A stretch of DNA of 64,000 bases. It comes from Arcobacteraceae bacterium (GTDB lineage Bacteria > Campylobacterota > Campylobacteria > Campylobacterales > Arcobacteraceae). The stretch is taken from positions 1,760,001 through 1,824,000 of the forward strand of contig OY759974.1 in the NCBI GenBank assembly GCA_963662945.1, given 5' to 3'. A program made the translations under genes and the position numbers. The notes under the pieces were generated by a model that was not told the origin of the DNA, made no database searches, and was given only the letters and a program-made list of their open reading frames with translations. Below, piece after piece: positions 22,204 to 33,120 of the stretch (positions within the stretch are counted from its first letter, which is position 1; every line of letters starts with the position of its first letter).

Positions 22204-23115
22204 ATGTTTGAAACATTGATTAGAAAGTTACAAGAAGATAAATATATTACATTAGAAACAACACCATCTCATGAACCAAATATAGATAATATAATAAATA
22301 AAATAGAAGAGTACGGATTAGATAAAAAAGTAGATGGATTTAGTACAACAGACAATCCTCTTGCAAAACTAAAATATAATGCTTTATTTGCTGCAATAAA
22401 ATTACAACAAAAATTTAATAAACCAGTTATTGCAACTGTTAGTATGCGAGATAGAAATAAAATAGCACTTCAAAGTGATTTATTAGGAGCAAATGATTTT
22501 GATATACGAGCTATTTTAGCTTTAACTGGTGATCCTGCAAATATGTCAGATCAACCACACACAAAAGGAGTATTTGAAGCAAATTCAAATATGCTTTTAG
22601 AAATTATAAATTCTTTTAACAATGGAATGGATTACGCAGGTCGTCCTTTTAAAAGTGAACCAAAAACAATATATCCTTTTGCAGTTACGAATTCTTATGC
22701 AAAAAATATGAAAAGCTTAGAAAAGAAAATGGCTAAAAAAGTTTTAAATGGTGCCAAAGGAATTATCACTCAACCTGTGTATGATGTAGATAATGCAAAA
22801 GTATTGTTAGATTATTTTACTAATGTTCAAAATGGATTTCAAGATGAGAGACAAAATGCGCAATTAATACTTGGAATTTTTCCTATTACTAGATTACGAA
22901 CTGCACAGTTTTTATCAGCACACGTTCCTGGTATTTATGTACCACAAGATTGGATAGATAAATTAACAGTTGCTAGTAGAATAGGTGAAGATGAAGAGAT
23001 AAAAGTAGGTACCAATTTAAGTAAACAACTTTTAAAAGATCTTCAAAATATACATCCAAAAGTGCATCTTATGACAGCAAATAAATTTGAATTAGCAAAT
23101 GAGTTATTAGATTAA
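22204..23115 (+). CDS. metF: Methylenetetrahydrofolate reductase
   Basis: RDRNKIALQSDLLGA; LALTGDP; IITQPVYD; VPGI. Confidence 0.85.
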   Translation: MFETLIRKLQEDKYITLETTPSHEPNIDNIINKIEEYGLDKKVDGFSTTDNPLAKLKYNALFAAIKLQQKFNKPVIATVSMRDRNKIALQSDLLGANDFDIRAILALTGDPANMSDQPHTKGVFEANSNMLLEIINSFNNGMDYAGRPFKSEPKTIYPFAVTNSYAKNMKSLEKKMAKKVLNGAKGIITQPVYDVDNAKVLLDYFTNVQNGFQDERQNAQLILGIFPITRLRTAQFLSAHVPGIYVPQDWIDKLTVASRIGEDEEIKVGTNLSKQLLKDLQNIHPKVHLMTANKFELANELLD

Positions 23116-23116
23116 A

Positions 23117-23503
23117 ATGTCAAAAAAATATGCTTCAATTGATATAGGACTTAAAAGAATAGGGTGCGCAGTATCTTTGATGTCAGATATAGTAAATCCC
23201 CAAGAAGCAATTTTGCGAAAAAATCGAGAACAAGCTAGTCGTGATGTAGATAAGTTCTTAGAAGATTGGCAGATAGATACACTAATTGTTGGATATCCAG
23301 AATCTAGTGAAGATATGCGTCCAAGAGTTGAACACTTTGTAAAGCTTTTAAAGTTTAGTGGAGAGATAGTATTTCAAAATGAAAACTTAAGTTCACAAGA
23401 AGCGAAAGAACTAACACGTGGTGAGATAAAACATAAAAGAGATGGAAGAATCGACTCTATAGCTGCAAAAATTATATTAGAAAGGTATCTTAGTTCAAAA
23501 TGA
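23117..23503 (+). CDS. ruvX: YqgF/RuvX family nuclease
   Basis: IDIGLKRIG; VGYP; DSIAAKIILERYL. Confidence 0.9.
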   Translation: MSKKYASIDIGLKRIGCAVSLMSDIVNPQEAILRKNREQASRDVDKFLEDWQIDTLIVGYPESSEDMRPRVEHFVKLLKFSGEIVFQNENLSSQEAKELTRGEIKHKRDGRIDSIAAKIILERYLSSK

Positions 23504-23850
23504 TTGGTGTAGATATAGTAGTAATTTCTAGAATTGAAAAGCTTATAGAAAAGTTTGGAAATAAAGCATTAGATAGATTTTTGGATGAAGAGGAACAACA
23601 ACTTATTAAATCAGCTTCAACAGCTGCTGGATTTTGGGCTGCAAAAGAGGCTGCAAGTAAAGCAATAGGCACAGGAATAGGTGTAAATTGTGGATTTCAT
23701 GATATAAAAATATCTAAAGATAAAAATAATGCACCTAAAATCAAATACAAAAAAGATATTCGAAAAAAGTATAAAATAAAAAATTCATCACTAAGTATTA
23801 CTCATGATGGTGGTTTTGCAATTGCAGTTGTAGCCTTGGAGAAAAAATGA
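23500..23850 (+). CDS. acpS: Holo-ACP synthase
   Basis: IGVDIV; FWAAKEAASKA; SITHD. Confidence 0.95.
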   Translation: MIGVDIVVISRIEKLIEKFGNKALDRFLDEEEQQLIKSASTAAGFWAAKEAASKAIGTGIGVNCGFHDIKISKDKNNAPKIKYKKDIRKKYKIKNSSLSITHDGGFAIAVVALEKK

Positions 23851-24806
23851 TTAAAGTTATTGGTAAAAAACTTATTTATATAGGAGTGATGCTTTTTATT
23901 ATTTCTTTAATATCATTTGTTGCAATAAATTTAGCACCTAATAGTTTTTTTGCATCAGGAGATTTAAATCCTAATATTACAGAAGAATCTATTACACATC
24001 TTAAAGAGATATATGGATTAGATAAACCTTTGTATGTGCAATTTTTTTCTTGGGTTATTAATATTACAAGTTTAGATTTTGGAATATCTTTTAGTAGTGG
24101 AATGAATGTAAAAGATGAAATATTAAATCGAATACCAATTACACTTACAATTAATATTATTAGTATGGTAGTTATATTTGTTTTATCTTTATATTTGGGT
24201 ATTAAAGCTGCTTTAAATAAGGATAAGTTCTTTGATAGATTTGTTGGTCAATTATCTCTTTTGAGTTTTTCACTTCCTTCTTTTTATTTAGCTTTACTTT
24301 TAGTACTTGTATTTGCAGTTACTTGGGAAATTGTACCTATTGCTGGACTTCATAGTGGAGGGTTAGAGCAGGGAAGTTTTGAATATTATATGGATACTGC
24401 ATGGCACTTACTTTTGCCCATTGGTATTATTATTTTTGGAGGTATCGGAAGTCTTACTTTATATATACGCTCTTTAACTTTAGAAATTTTAAAAAGTGAT
24501 TATATCTTTTTTGCTCGTGCTCGAGATCTTGATAGTAAAAAAGTACTAAGATATTATATTTTACCAAATCTATATCCACCTGTTATAACACTTCTTGGAC
24601 TAAGTCTTCCTGGGATAATAGGGGGAAGTGTGATACTAGAAACGATATTTTCTATAGATGGGATGGGATTATTGTTTTTTCAATCTGCTTTAAGTAGAGA
24701 TTATCCTGTAATTATGGGAATTCTTATAATTGGTGCATTTTTAACTTTACTTGGAAATATTTTAGCAGATTTAATTTTATTAAAACTCAATCCAAGTATG
24801 AAATGA
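23847..24806 (+). CDS. Peptide/nickel ABC transporter permease (DppB/OppB type)
   Basis: YGLDKPLYVQF; HLLLP; ETIFSIDGMG; RDYP. Confidence 0.9.
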   Translation: MIKVIGKKLIYIGVMLFIISLISFVAINLAPNSFFASGDLNPNITEESITHLKEIYGLDKPLYVQFFSWVINITSLDFGISFSSGMNVKDEILNRIPITLTINIISMVVIFVLSLYLGIKAALNKDKFFDRFVGQLSLLSFSLPSFYLALLLVLVFAVTWEIVPIAGLHSGGLEQGSFEYYMDTAWHLLLPIGIIIFGGIGSLTLYIRSLTLEILKSDYIFFARARDLDSKKVLRYYILPNLYPPVITLLGLSLPGIIGGSVILETIFSIDGMGLLFFQSALSRDYPVIMGILIIGAFLTLLGNILADLILLKLNPSMK

Positions 24807-24832
24807 GTTATTTTATAGTTTGGGAAAACTAA

Positions 24833-25225
24833 CTATTCGTTAGCTTTCCATTGCTTGTATAAAGCCTCATGTTCAGCAATCTCTTCTCTTGAAGGTTTTC
24901 TTCTACAAGATAGATATCCTTTACTTCCATCACAACTCTCAAATGGAAATACTGTTGCAAACACCCAATAGTATCCTCCATCTTTTGTTGCATTCTTTAC
25001 ATATCCTGTCCACACTTCACCTTTTTGCACTGTATCCCACAATGATTTAAATGCTGCTTTTGGCATATCTTTATGTCGTACCATATTATGTGGTTTATCT
25101 ATTAATTCTTCTAAAGAGTATCCTGCTATTTTACAAAAGTCATCATTTGCAAATTTAATTATCCCTTTTGCATCTGTTTCACTTACTAGGAATGCATAAT
25201 CATCTAATACTGTTTCACCTGCCAT
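24833..25225 (-). CDS. Stand-alone PAS protein, CetB/Aer-type
   Basis: SETDAKGII; HNMVRHKDMP; KNATKDGGYYWV; directly downstream of an MCP. Confidence 0.85.
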   Translation of the reverse strand: MAGETVLDDYAFLVSETDAKGIIKFANDDFCKIAGYSLEELIDKPHNMVRHKDMPKAAFKSLWDTVQKGEVWTGYVKNATKDGGYYWVFATVFPFESCDGSKGYLSCRRKPSREEIAEHEALYKQWKANE

Positions 25226-25237
25226 ACTGATTCCTTT

Positions 25238-26638
25238 CTAGTTAAATTTCTTTGTTTGTGCATCTGACACTAGGTCATTTGCCATTTTACTTACATCTTG
25301 TGCTATTGATGCAACTGAGTTTGCTTCACTTGCATTCTCTTGTGTTACTCTATCTAGCATAGTCACTGCATCATTGATTTGTTCTATTCCTGTCATTTGT
25401 TCTTTACTTGCACGACTAACATCTTCGATTAGTTCTATTGTTTGATTAAAGTTCTCATTGAGTGATTCATATCCTTTTATCATATCATCACTTACTTTTT
25501 TACCTTCATTTGCTTTACTTGCTGCATTCTCTACTAATGTTTTTATTTCATTTGCTGCATCTGCACTTCTTGAAGCTAGGTTTCTTACTTCTTGAGCAAC
25601 TACTGCAAATCCTTTTCCAGCTTCACCTGCTGTTGCTGCTTCTACTGCTGCATTAAGTGAGAGAATATTTGTTTGGAATGCTATTTGATCTATTACAGTA
25701 ATAGCTTCATTAATTGCTGTTACTTGAGAGTTTATTTCATCCATTGAAGAAGATGTTTTACTAGCTAATGTCATACCATTAGAAACTTCTGTTTTTACAC
25801 GGCTTCCTAATTCTGACATTTTAGAGGCATTATTTGCATTATTTCTTGTAATACTTGTTATCTCTTCTACTGCTGCTGCTGTTTCTTCCAAGCTAGCTGC
25901 TTGTTGATTTGCTTTATTTGCTAGGTTTGTTACACTTGTTGTCATTGTACTTGAGTTTGTTTGTAGGTGTTCCCCATTTGACAGGTTCTGTTTTGCGCTA
26001 TTTGCTAGGGAGTTCCCTAGGGTGTTTACACTTTGCATTACTGCTAGCATATCGCCTTTGATTTTATGATGAATTTTAATTTTACTTCTAAAGTCATTAT
26101 TTGCATAGAGTTCAACATTTGTTTTTAACTCCTTCATATTTGTTTCTGATTTATTTAAAGTATGGTTTAGAGTCTCTCTTAAAGCTTCAATCATAAAATT
26201 GTGCGATTTTGAATGAATTCTGCATTGATAGATACCTTGAGACATTTTATCAAGTGTAAGAACTATTTCTCCCAATACTTTCATATCCTCTTTTCTCATT
26301 GTATCAAATTGATCAACATAACTATTGAGTTCTGTTAAAATCAGCCCAATCTCATCATGTTTCATGTATTGTGCTTTTTCAATTTTATTTACTCTCATAA
26401 AAGCAAAATCCATAATATCATCCATATATCTTTTGAATCTTTCAATTCCACCACTAATTCTTTGTAATGCAGCATAATTCGTATATGCAATAATAACTGC
26501 AAATATAAGATTTATGATAATAATAGCAGATACTTTTGACTCACTTAAGATTGCAACTATTGAGATTGTTGCAAATCCAATTTGAGCCAAAATCATATTT
26601 ATAAATATTTTCCATTTTGTTGAGACATTTGTAAACAT
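25238..26638 (-). CDS. Methyl-accepting chemotaxis protein, CetA-type (no periplasmic domain)
   Basis: Adjacent N-terminal TM hairpin; MCP signalling motif; paired with the PAS gene. Confidence 0.9.
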   Translation of the reverse strand: MFTNVSTKWKIFINMILAQIGFATISIVAILSESKVSAIIIINLIFAVIIAYTNYAALQRISGGIERFKRYMDDIMDFAFMRVNKIEKAQYMKHDEIGLILTELNSYVDQFDTMRKEDMKVLGEIVLTLDKMSQGIYQCRIHSKSHNFMIEALRETLNHTLNKSETNMKELKTNVELYANNDFRSKIKIHHKIKGDMLAVMQSVNTLGNSLANSAKQNLSNGEHLQTNSSTMTTSVTNLANKANQQAASLEETAAAVEEITSITRNNANNASKMSELGSRVKTEVSNGMTLASKTSSSMDEINSQVTAINEAITVIDQIAFQTNILSLNAAVEAATAGEAGKGFAVVAQEVRNLASRSADAANEIKTLVENAASKANEGKKVSDDMIKGYESLNENFNQTIELIEDVSRASKEQMTGIEQINDAVTMLDRVTQENASEANSVASIAQDVSKMANDLVSDAQTKKFN

Positions 26639-26681
26639 TTTTTCCCTTTTTTAATAATTTTATTAGATATAATATCACATA

Positions 26682-27929
26682 TTAACTGTTAATTACAACA
26701 TCGTCTAATTTTTTATCTTTTATATTACATAGTACTTCATCTGCTAAATCTATCATCTCTTCTAATGAATTTGAAAAATCTATATTTGCTCCAATACTAA
26801 CAGTGATATTGTATATATTGTCATCTATTTTTAAAGGGGTGTTTTTTATGATACTTTTAATCTCTTCAAAGGTATCTATTATTTCAGCATAAGCTCTATT
26901 TTTAAATAAAATACAAAATTGGTCAGAACCAAATCTTGAGATGATTGAGTCTTGGTTAAGATTTTGATTTAAAATTTTTCCAACATGTTTGATTGCTTCA
27001 TCTCCTATATCATGACCATAAGAATCACACATAACTTCAAAATTATTTATATCTATCATCAATGTAGCTAAAAGTGTTTTTTTAGAAGTGGCTCGTTCGT
27101 AAATATCTCTACCAATTTCTAATAGATATCTCTTATTAAAGAGTCCCGTTAATGGATCTTTTTTTGATTTGTCTTGGGTATAATCAAAAAGTTCTATCAC
27201 CTCTATATTGTTATTTACTCTTGCTATAAACTCTTCATTTGTAAAATCTTTATATAAAAAGTCATTTGCTCCATATTTTAAAAAGTTAGCAACAATCTCT
27301 TTTTCACTAGTGCCAGAAAGTGCAATAATAGCAACTTCATCTTTTTTATAAGTTTTTCTAAGCTCCATAGTAAACTGTAGTCCATCCATCTTTGGCATCA
27401 TATAATCTACTAAAATTACTTTTATATCAGCTCTTTGTTTGATGGTTTCTAAAGCATCTATAGCACTATAGTTTATAGTAGTATTAAGATTATATCTTTT
27501 ACAAAGTGATTCCATTTTTGCTGCAAATGTTTTTGAGTCATCTACTATTAAAATCTCTATTTTTGCATTCAGTATAAATCTTTTTACAACGGCAATAGTA
27601 TAATCTATAGCATAACTTCCATTTTTTAAAACATAATCTATTAAATTATCATTTTTAAAAATATCATCTTTTTTTTCTAACTGTGAACCTGTTAATAAAA
27701 TAGATGGTATTTTAAATTTGTTTATAAAAGATATTATCTCACCATTTTGAGCATCCGGAAGATTATAATCAAGTAATGCCAGGGTAAAATCACCCTTATG
27801 TTTAAGTATCAAGTCTGCACATTCTTTCATGGAAGCGGCAGTGTAAACTTTTAGTCCTAGTTCGTTTTCTATACCTATTTTTAGTCTGTTGAGGATAGTT
27901 TTACTATCATCAACTATTAATATATTCAT
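26682..27929 (-). CDS. REC-REC-GGDEF response regulator, degenerate (GSDQF)
   Basis: Two receiver domains; DPLTGLFN; RFGSDQF. Confidence 0.88.
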   Translation of the reverse strand: MNILIVDDSKTILNRLKIGIENELGLKVYTAASMKECADLILKHKGDFTLALLDYNLPDAQNGEIISFINKFKIPSILLTGSQLEKKDDIFKNDNLIDYVLKNGSYAIDYTIAVVKRFILNAKIEILIVDDSKTFAAKMESLCKRYNLNTTINYSAIDALETIKQRADIKVILVDYMMPKMDGLQFTMELRKTYKKDEVAIIALSGTSEKEIVANFLKYGANDFLYKDFTNEEFIARVNNNIEVIELFDYTQDKSKKDPLTGLFNKRYLLEIGRDIYERATSKKTLLATLMIDINNFEVMCDSYGHDIGDEAIKHVGKILNQNLNQDSIISRFGSDQFCILFKNRAYAEIIDTFEEIKSIIKNTPLKIDDNIYNITVSIGANIDFSNSLEEMIDLADEVLCNIKDKKLDDVVINS

Positions 27930-27937
27930 AATTTTCC

Positions 27938-30139
27938 TTAGTCTTTATATGTTTCTCGTATTTTTAAAAATGCATCTTTATGTTGAAAGAATAGTTCTAC
28001 AAGTTGTGGATCAAATTGTTTTCCTTTTTCCTCTTCAAAAAGTTTGAAAATTCTCTCATCATCCCACGCTTCTTTATAGCATCTTTGACTTCCTAGGGCA
28101 TCAAAGACATCTGCTACTGCTGTAATCCTTCCATAGATATGAATATTTTCACCGCTTAATCCTCTTGGATATCCACTTCCATCCCATTTTTCATGGTGTT
28201 CATGAGATACTATTGAAGCAGCATTGAGAACTTCTCTATTGGAACCTTTTAGGACACTATATCCAATTTCGGCATGAGATTTCATCACTTCAAACTCTTC
28301 ATAAGTAAGTTTTGCAGGTTTTTTTAAGATCTCATCAGGGATACCAACTTTTCCTATATCATGCATAGGGCTAGCTGTAAAAAGTATATTTGCCTCATGT
28401 TCACTTAAGCCGTAACTTAAAGCTAAAAGTTTAGAATACTCAGCAACTCTTTTTACATGATTTCCAGTTTCTTTACTTCTTGTTTCACCTATCTCTCCCA
28501 TTCTGTAAATTACATCTTTTTGTGTATTCTCAATCTCTTCGTGAAGTTCAAATAGTTCAGTTAAATCATGTCTGATTGCCATATATTCTACAATATCATC
28601 TGCTTCATTTTTTATTGGAACAATTGTAGAATTTACCCAATATGTTGTTCCATCTTTTCTTTTATTTTTTAAGATAGCTTGAAATACATTACCTGATTTT
28701 ATTGTATCCCATAAATTTTTTATAATCTCTTTTGGTGTATCTGGATGTTTAAAGATACTATGATTTTTTCCTATAATTTCATCTCTAGAATAGCCAGTGA
28801 TTTCAATAAATTTATCATTGATGTAAGTGATTTTCCCTTTTAAATCGCTTCTTGATAAAATATTTGATTGATTAATAGCATTTTCATACTCTTGTGCTGT
28901 TTGCATTGCAACACTGAGTTTTGCTTCAGTACCTTGAAATTTATCTTGAAAATATGCTTCAATCTCTTTCTTTTGGGTAATATCATTTCGTAGTCCTATA
29001 AACTCTTCTATATTACCATCAGAGTCAACTATAGGTTTTATCATAGCATCTACCCAATAGTATGAGCCATCTTTTTTCCTATTTTTTACTTCACCTCTCC
29101 AAGTTTGTTTAAGTTCTTTGATGGTGTACCACATATTTGTATAGATACCTTTTGGCATATCTGGATGTCTTACAATATTATGATTTTTTCCCAAAAGCTC
29201 TTCTTCTGTATAACCAGAAAGTTCACAAAACTTTTCATTTACATAGGTGATGATTCCAGAGGGATTTGCTTTTGAAACGATAGAACTTTCATCGACCGCA
29301 TTTTTATATTCCTCCAAAATTTTTGTTGAACAAATTATTTCATCTTCTCTTCTTTTATAGTCAATCCATAAATCAGCTTTTAAAACAATCTCTTCTATTA
29401 CATATGGTTTTCGTATGATATCAACTGCACCAGCTTTTAAACCATCTCTTACTATTTCAGCATCTACATTTCCAGAGATAATAATAGTAGCTATTTTTTG
29501 AACATCTACGATTAATTGATGATATTTTTCCAAGAATCTTATACCGTGGGTTTTCCCCAACTGTACATCTAAAAACATCATATCTATTTTTTTATTTTTT
29601 ATAATATCAAGAGCAATATTTTCATCACTTGCAATTTCAATGTTGTAGTATCTATTCGAAAGGATATCTTTAAGTTGCTCTTGTATTACAAAAGAGTCAT
29701 CAACTACAAGTATAGTTTTATTTTTATTTTTTTCTAGTTGTTCTATTGTTTTAGTAACTTGATGAATTTTGTGAAAAAAGCTTTTATCTTTCACAATATA
29801 ATCTATTACACCTCTTTGATAGGAAACTTCTCGAAATTGTTTATCATTTTCACTTGTAAGTACAAATATTTTTTCAGGAGTATTTTCAAGCTTTCTGATA
29901 AGATCATACCCATTTCCGTCAGGAAGGTTAATATCAAGTAATAAATAGTGTATTGTATGTTTTTCTACAGTTTTATAGGCATCTTTAAGTGTTGAAACAC
30001 TAAAGCAGTTAAAACCATCTTTTGTAAACTCTGCTGTTAATATTTTATTGAAAGATGTTGAGTCCTCAATAATAAGTAAATTATAACTTGACGGATTGAA
30101 TTTTTGATGAGAAATTGTATTGCATTGCTCTTGTGACAC
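27938..30139 (-). CDS. REC-REC-PAS-PAS-HD-GYP c-di-GMP phosphodiesterase
   Basis: MHDIGK; HHEKWDGSGYP; two RHPD PAS domains; two REC domains. Confidence 0.92.
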   Translation of the reverse strand: MSQEQCNTISHQKFNPSSYNLLIIEDSTSFNKILTAEFTKDGFNCFSVSTLKDAYKTVEKHTIHYLLLDINLPDGNGYDLIRKLENTPEKIFVLTSENDKQFREVSYQRGVIDYIVKDKSFFHKIHQVTKTIEQLEKNKNKTILVVDDSFVIQEQLKDILSNRYYNIEIASDENIALDIIKNKKIDMMFLDVQLGKTHGIRFLEKYHQLIVDVQKIATIIISGNVDAEIVRDGLKAGAVDIIRKPYVIEEIVLKADLWIDYKRREDEIICSTKILEEYKNAVDESSIVSKANPSGIITYVNEKFCELSGYTEEELLGKNHNIVRHPDMPKGIYTNMWYTIKELKQTWRGEVKNRKKDGSYYWVDAMIKPIVDSDGNIEEFIGLRNDITQKKEIEAYFQDKFQGTEAKLSVAMQTAQEYENAINQSNILSRSDLKGKITYINDKFIEITGYSRDEIIGKNHSIFKHPDTPKEIIKNLWDTIKSGNVFQAILKNKRKDGTTYWVNSTIVPIKNEADDIVEYMAIRHDLTELFELHEEIENTQKDVIYRMGEIGETRSKETGNHVKRVAEYSKLLALSYGLSEHEANILFTASPMHDIGKVGIPDEILKKPAKLTYEEFEVMKSHAEIGYSVLKGSNREVLNAASIVSHEHHEKWDGSGYPRGLSGENIHIYGRITAVADVFDALGSQRCYKEAWDDERIFKLFEEEKGKQFDPQLVELFFQHKDAFLKIRETYKD

Positions 30140-30244
30140 ACGAAACCCTAGTTTTTTTAAAATTGTAAAAGTCTAACGGTATTAAACTTAATTGATGATT
30201 ATAATATTAAAAATAAGTTAAATATATTTTTTAATATTTAACTA

Positions 30245-30736
30245 TTAAAATCGTTTTATATACTTATGACAATAAGGTTGTTTATTGTGTTTGAAGTAAT
30301 AGTCTTGATGGTACTCTTCTGCTTCAAAAAAAGGTGTGTTATGTGTAGAGATAAGTTGCGTAGCTACATCATACCCTTTATTTTTAAGTATATCTATTAA
30401 AGCTTGTGCGATATCTTTTTCCTCTTGATTGTTATAAAATATAGCACTTAGGTATTGATTTCCTATATCTGGTCCTTGGCCATTTTTTTGGGTTGGATCA
30501 TGAATCTCAAAAAAAAGTTCAGCTAGTTCCTCAAAAGTTACAATCTCATTATCATAATCAACCCTTACAACCTCTAGATGCCCAGTTCTTCCCTCACACA
30601 CCTCTTTATAGCTTGGATTGTTTAGATGTCCTCCCATATATCCACTAATGGCAGCTTTAACACCTTCTAGTTGTTCAAAGTAATATTCAACTCCCCAAAA
30701 ACATCCACCTGCAAAATATGCTGATTGTAAATTCAT
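30245..30736 (-). CDS. msrA: Peptide-methionine (S)-S-oxide reductase
   Basis: GGCFWG; AEEYHQDY; PYCH. Confidence 0.96.
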   Translation of the reverse strand: MNLQSAYFAGGCFWGVEYYFEQLEGVKAAISGYMGGHLNNPSYKEVCEGRTGHLEVVRVDYDNEIVTFEELAELFFEIHDPTQKNGQGPDIGNQYLSAIFYNNQEEKDIAQALIDILKNKGYDVATQLISTHNTPFFEAEEYHQDYYFKHNKQPYCHKYIKRF

Positions 30737-30844
30737 ATTGTAACCTTTCTTAAATATAATACCATTATAAAAAAGTAATACTTAATTGGAATTTATTATT
30801 TGTTAATAATTGTTTGTTACAATAGTAAACTTAAGTAAGGAGTT

Positions 30845-31528
30845 ATGGTGATTAGTGCAAAAAAACTTAATAAAGTTTATAAAGTAGGGGAATTAGATTT
30901 AACTGTTATAAATGATTTCTCATTGGATATAAATGAAGGTGAATTTATATCTTTAATTGGACCTAGTGGTAGTGGAAAATCAACTGTCTTAAATATGTTA
31001 GGATGTTTAGATACACCAACTTCTGGAAGTTTAATTATCAATGGTCAAAATATTTCAACTTTAAATAAAACTCAGCAAGCAAATTTTAGAGGAGAACATA
31101 TAGGATTTATTTTTCAAAGTTTCAACCTTATACCTGTTTTAACTGTTTATGAAAATATTGAGTATCCTCTTATTATGATACAAAATCTTCCCGAAGAAGA
31201 AAGAAAAATAAGAATTGAAAAGTTACTCCATGAAGTTGGAATGTATGAACAAAAAGATAAAACTCCTGACAAAATTTCAGGTGGACAGATGCAAAGAGTA
31301 GCAATTGCCAGAGCATTAGTTACAAATCCAAAAATTGTTTTTGCTGATGAACCAACTGCTAATCTTGATAGCTCAACTGCACACAAAATTATTGAGTTAA
31401 TGAAAAAAATACAAAAAGAACACAATACAACATTTGTTTTTGCAACACATGATGAAAAAATAGTTGCAAATGTTGATAGACTTATCACACTTGTTGATGG
31501 AAATATTGTTGAAGATAAAAGAGTTTAA
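30845..31528 (+). CDS. ABC transporter ATP-binding protein (LolD/MacB-like)
   Basis: GPSGSGKS; ISGGQMQRVAIARA; ADEPT. Confidence 0.95.
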   Translation: MVISAKKLNKVYKVGELDLTVINDFSLDINEGEFISLIGPSGSGKSTVLNMLGCLDTPTSGSLIINGQNISTLNKTQQANFRGEHIGFIFQSFNLIPVLTVYENIEYPLIMIQNLPEEERKIRIEKLLHEVGMYEQKDKTPDKISGGQMQRVAIARALVTNPKIVFADEPTANLDSSTAHKIIELMKKIQKEHNTTFVFATHDEKIVANVDRLITLVDGNIVEDKRV

Positions 31529-31529
31529 C

Positions 31530-32765
31530 ATGAAAAATATATTTAAAATAGCATATAGAAATCTTTTAAGAAACCACCGTCGTACACTTTTAACTGCCAG
31601 TTTGATAACACTTGGAGTCATATTTGTACTTGTATATACAGCTCTTTCTGGTAGTTTTAAAAACTATATGATAGGACAGATTACAGATTCATCTATGGGA
31701 CATATACAGATACATAAAAAAGGTTTTGTTGCAAGTGTAGAAAACTTACCTTTGGATAAAAATTTAAATAAAAAAGCATTGGAATATCTAGAACAATTTT
31801 TAAATGAAAGTCCTTATATTGAAAGTTATTCTTATAGAATAAAATTTGGTGGGATGTTTTCAAATTTTACGAGTACTACGAATATTAGACTTAATGCAAT
31901 TGACCCAGACAAAGAGTTTGCTACACTTCCTGCGTTGAAAGAACGACTTAATAATTTTAATGGTACTTTAGAAAAAGGGAGTATTATTGTTCCTGATATT
32001 ATAACAAAAGGGATGGGTGTAAAAACAGGTGATACTGTAGTTCTTGTAGCTAATAATAAAAGTGGAAGTGTAAATGGTATCAATTTGAAAGTTGCAGGTG
32101 AAGTGGCAAGAATTTCAGGACCTGGTGGAAGAGATGGATATATTCATATAGATGATGCGAAAAAAGTGTTACGAATACAAGGTGTTGAAGTTAGCGAGAT
32201 TGTTATACGATTAAAAGATGTAGCAATGTTAGAAGATGCAATGATAGAGTTGAGTCCTATTTTAAAAAAAGTAAATCAAAAAGGAAAACCTGCATTTGAG
32301 ATACATACTTGGGAAAAACTAAGTCCATTTTATAATATAGTAAAAATGTTGGATATTATGAATATTTCAATACAGATAATATTAATATCTATCGTTTTAA
32401 TCTCTATATTAAATGTGATGATAATGAGTGTGTATGAAAGAATAAAAGAGATAGGAACAATTGCTGCAATGGGTACTCCTCCAAAAACAATAGTCAAACT
32501 CTTCTTAATGGAGGGTTTACTACTGGGAATTTTAGGAGCTATATTGGGAGCAATTTTATCAATGTTAATTGTACAAGGACTTGATATGATGCAAATAACT
32601 TATAGTTTTGGGCGAGAAAGTAATTTAATACTTGAACCAGTTTTAGCGCTAAAAGATGTTATAATTGTGAGTATAATTGTTATAGCAATTTCTTTGATTG
32701 CATCAATTAGTCCGGCGTTGAAAGCTTCAAAGCTTGACCCAGTAGAAGCTTTAAGAACAAATTAA
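31530..32765 (+). CDS. ABC transporter permease (FtsX/LolE/MacB family)
   Basis: AYRNLLRN; SVYERIKEIG; PALKASKLDPVEALR; ATG at 31530 preferred. Confidence 0.92.
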   Translation: MKNIFKIAYRNLLRNHRRTLLTASLITLGVIFVLVYTALSGSFKNYMIGQITDSSMGHIQIHKKGFVASVENLPLDKNLNKKALEYLEQFLNESPYIESYSYRIKFGGMFSNFTSTTNIRLNAIDPDKEFATLPALKERLNNFNGTLEKGSIIVPDIITKGMGVKTGDTVVLVANNKSGSVNGINLKVAGEVARISGPGGRDGYIHIDDAKKVLRIQGVEVSEIVIRLKDVAMLEDAMIELSPILKKVNQKGKPAFEIHTWEKLSPFYNIVKMLDIMNISIQIILISIVLISILNVMIMSVYERIKEIGTIAAMGTPPKTIVKLFLMEGLLLGILGAILGAILSMLIVQGLDMMQITYSFGRESNLILEPVLALKDVIIVSIIVIAISLIASISPALKASKLDPVEALRTN

Positions 32766-32781
32766 AAGAAAGGATTTATAA

Positions 32782-33120
32782 ATGAAAAAATTAATTATGA
32801 TGACAACATTAGCTGCTTCACTATTTGCAGTTGATTATAACAGTATGAGTTTAGATGAACTTTCAAATTTAAGAGGAACTGTTCCAGTTCAAGAAAGAGA
32901 ATCTTTTAGAAGTGCATTTCAAGAAAAATTAAAATATCTTACACCAGAAGAACAATCAAAATATATGAGGGGAAATGGTCAAGGTATGCAAAATAAAAAT
33001 ATGAATCAGAACAAAAATATGAATCAACAAAGATTTCAAGATGGTAGCGGTGCTGGAGGTATGTATCAAGGTTCTAGAGGATTTGGCGGTGGTGCTGGTG
33101 GAAAAGGTGGCGGACGATAA
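32782..33120 (+). CDS. DUF1104-like exported protein with Gly/Asn/Gln-rich tail
   Basis: Signal peptide; DYNSMSLDELSNLRG..LTPEE; QNKNMN twice; Gly-rich end. Confidence 0.7.
   Translation: MKKLIMMTTLAASLFAVDYNSMSLDELSNLRGTVPVQERESFRSAFQEKLKYLTPEEQSKYMRGNGQGMQNKNMNQNKNMNQQRFQDGSGAGGMYQGSRGFGGGAGGKGGGR

Noticed and set aside
23847-24806. Orphan DppB-type permease without partner subunits
   Set aside because: Dispersed ABC subunits are common in Campylobacterota
4720-25720. Near-identical DNA between the two MCP genes (about 4720-4900 and 25540-25720)
   Set aside because: Ordinary conservation of the MCP signalling hairpin, not a mobile repeat
32989-33024. 18-nt imperfect tandem repeat (QNKNMN twice)
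   Set aside because: In-frame low-complexity protein repeat with two units; not CRISPR-like
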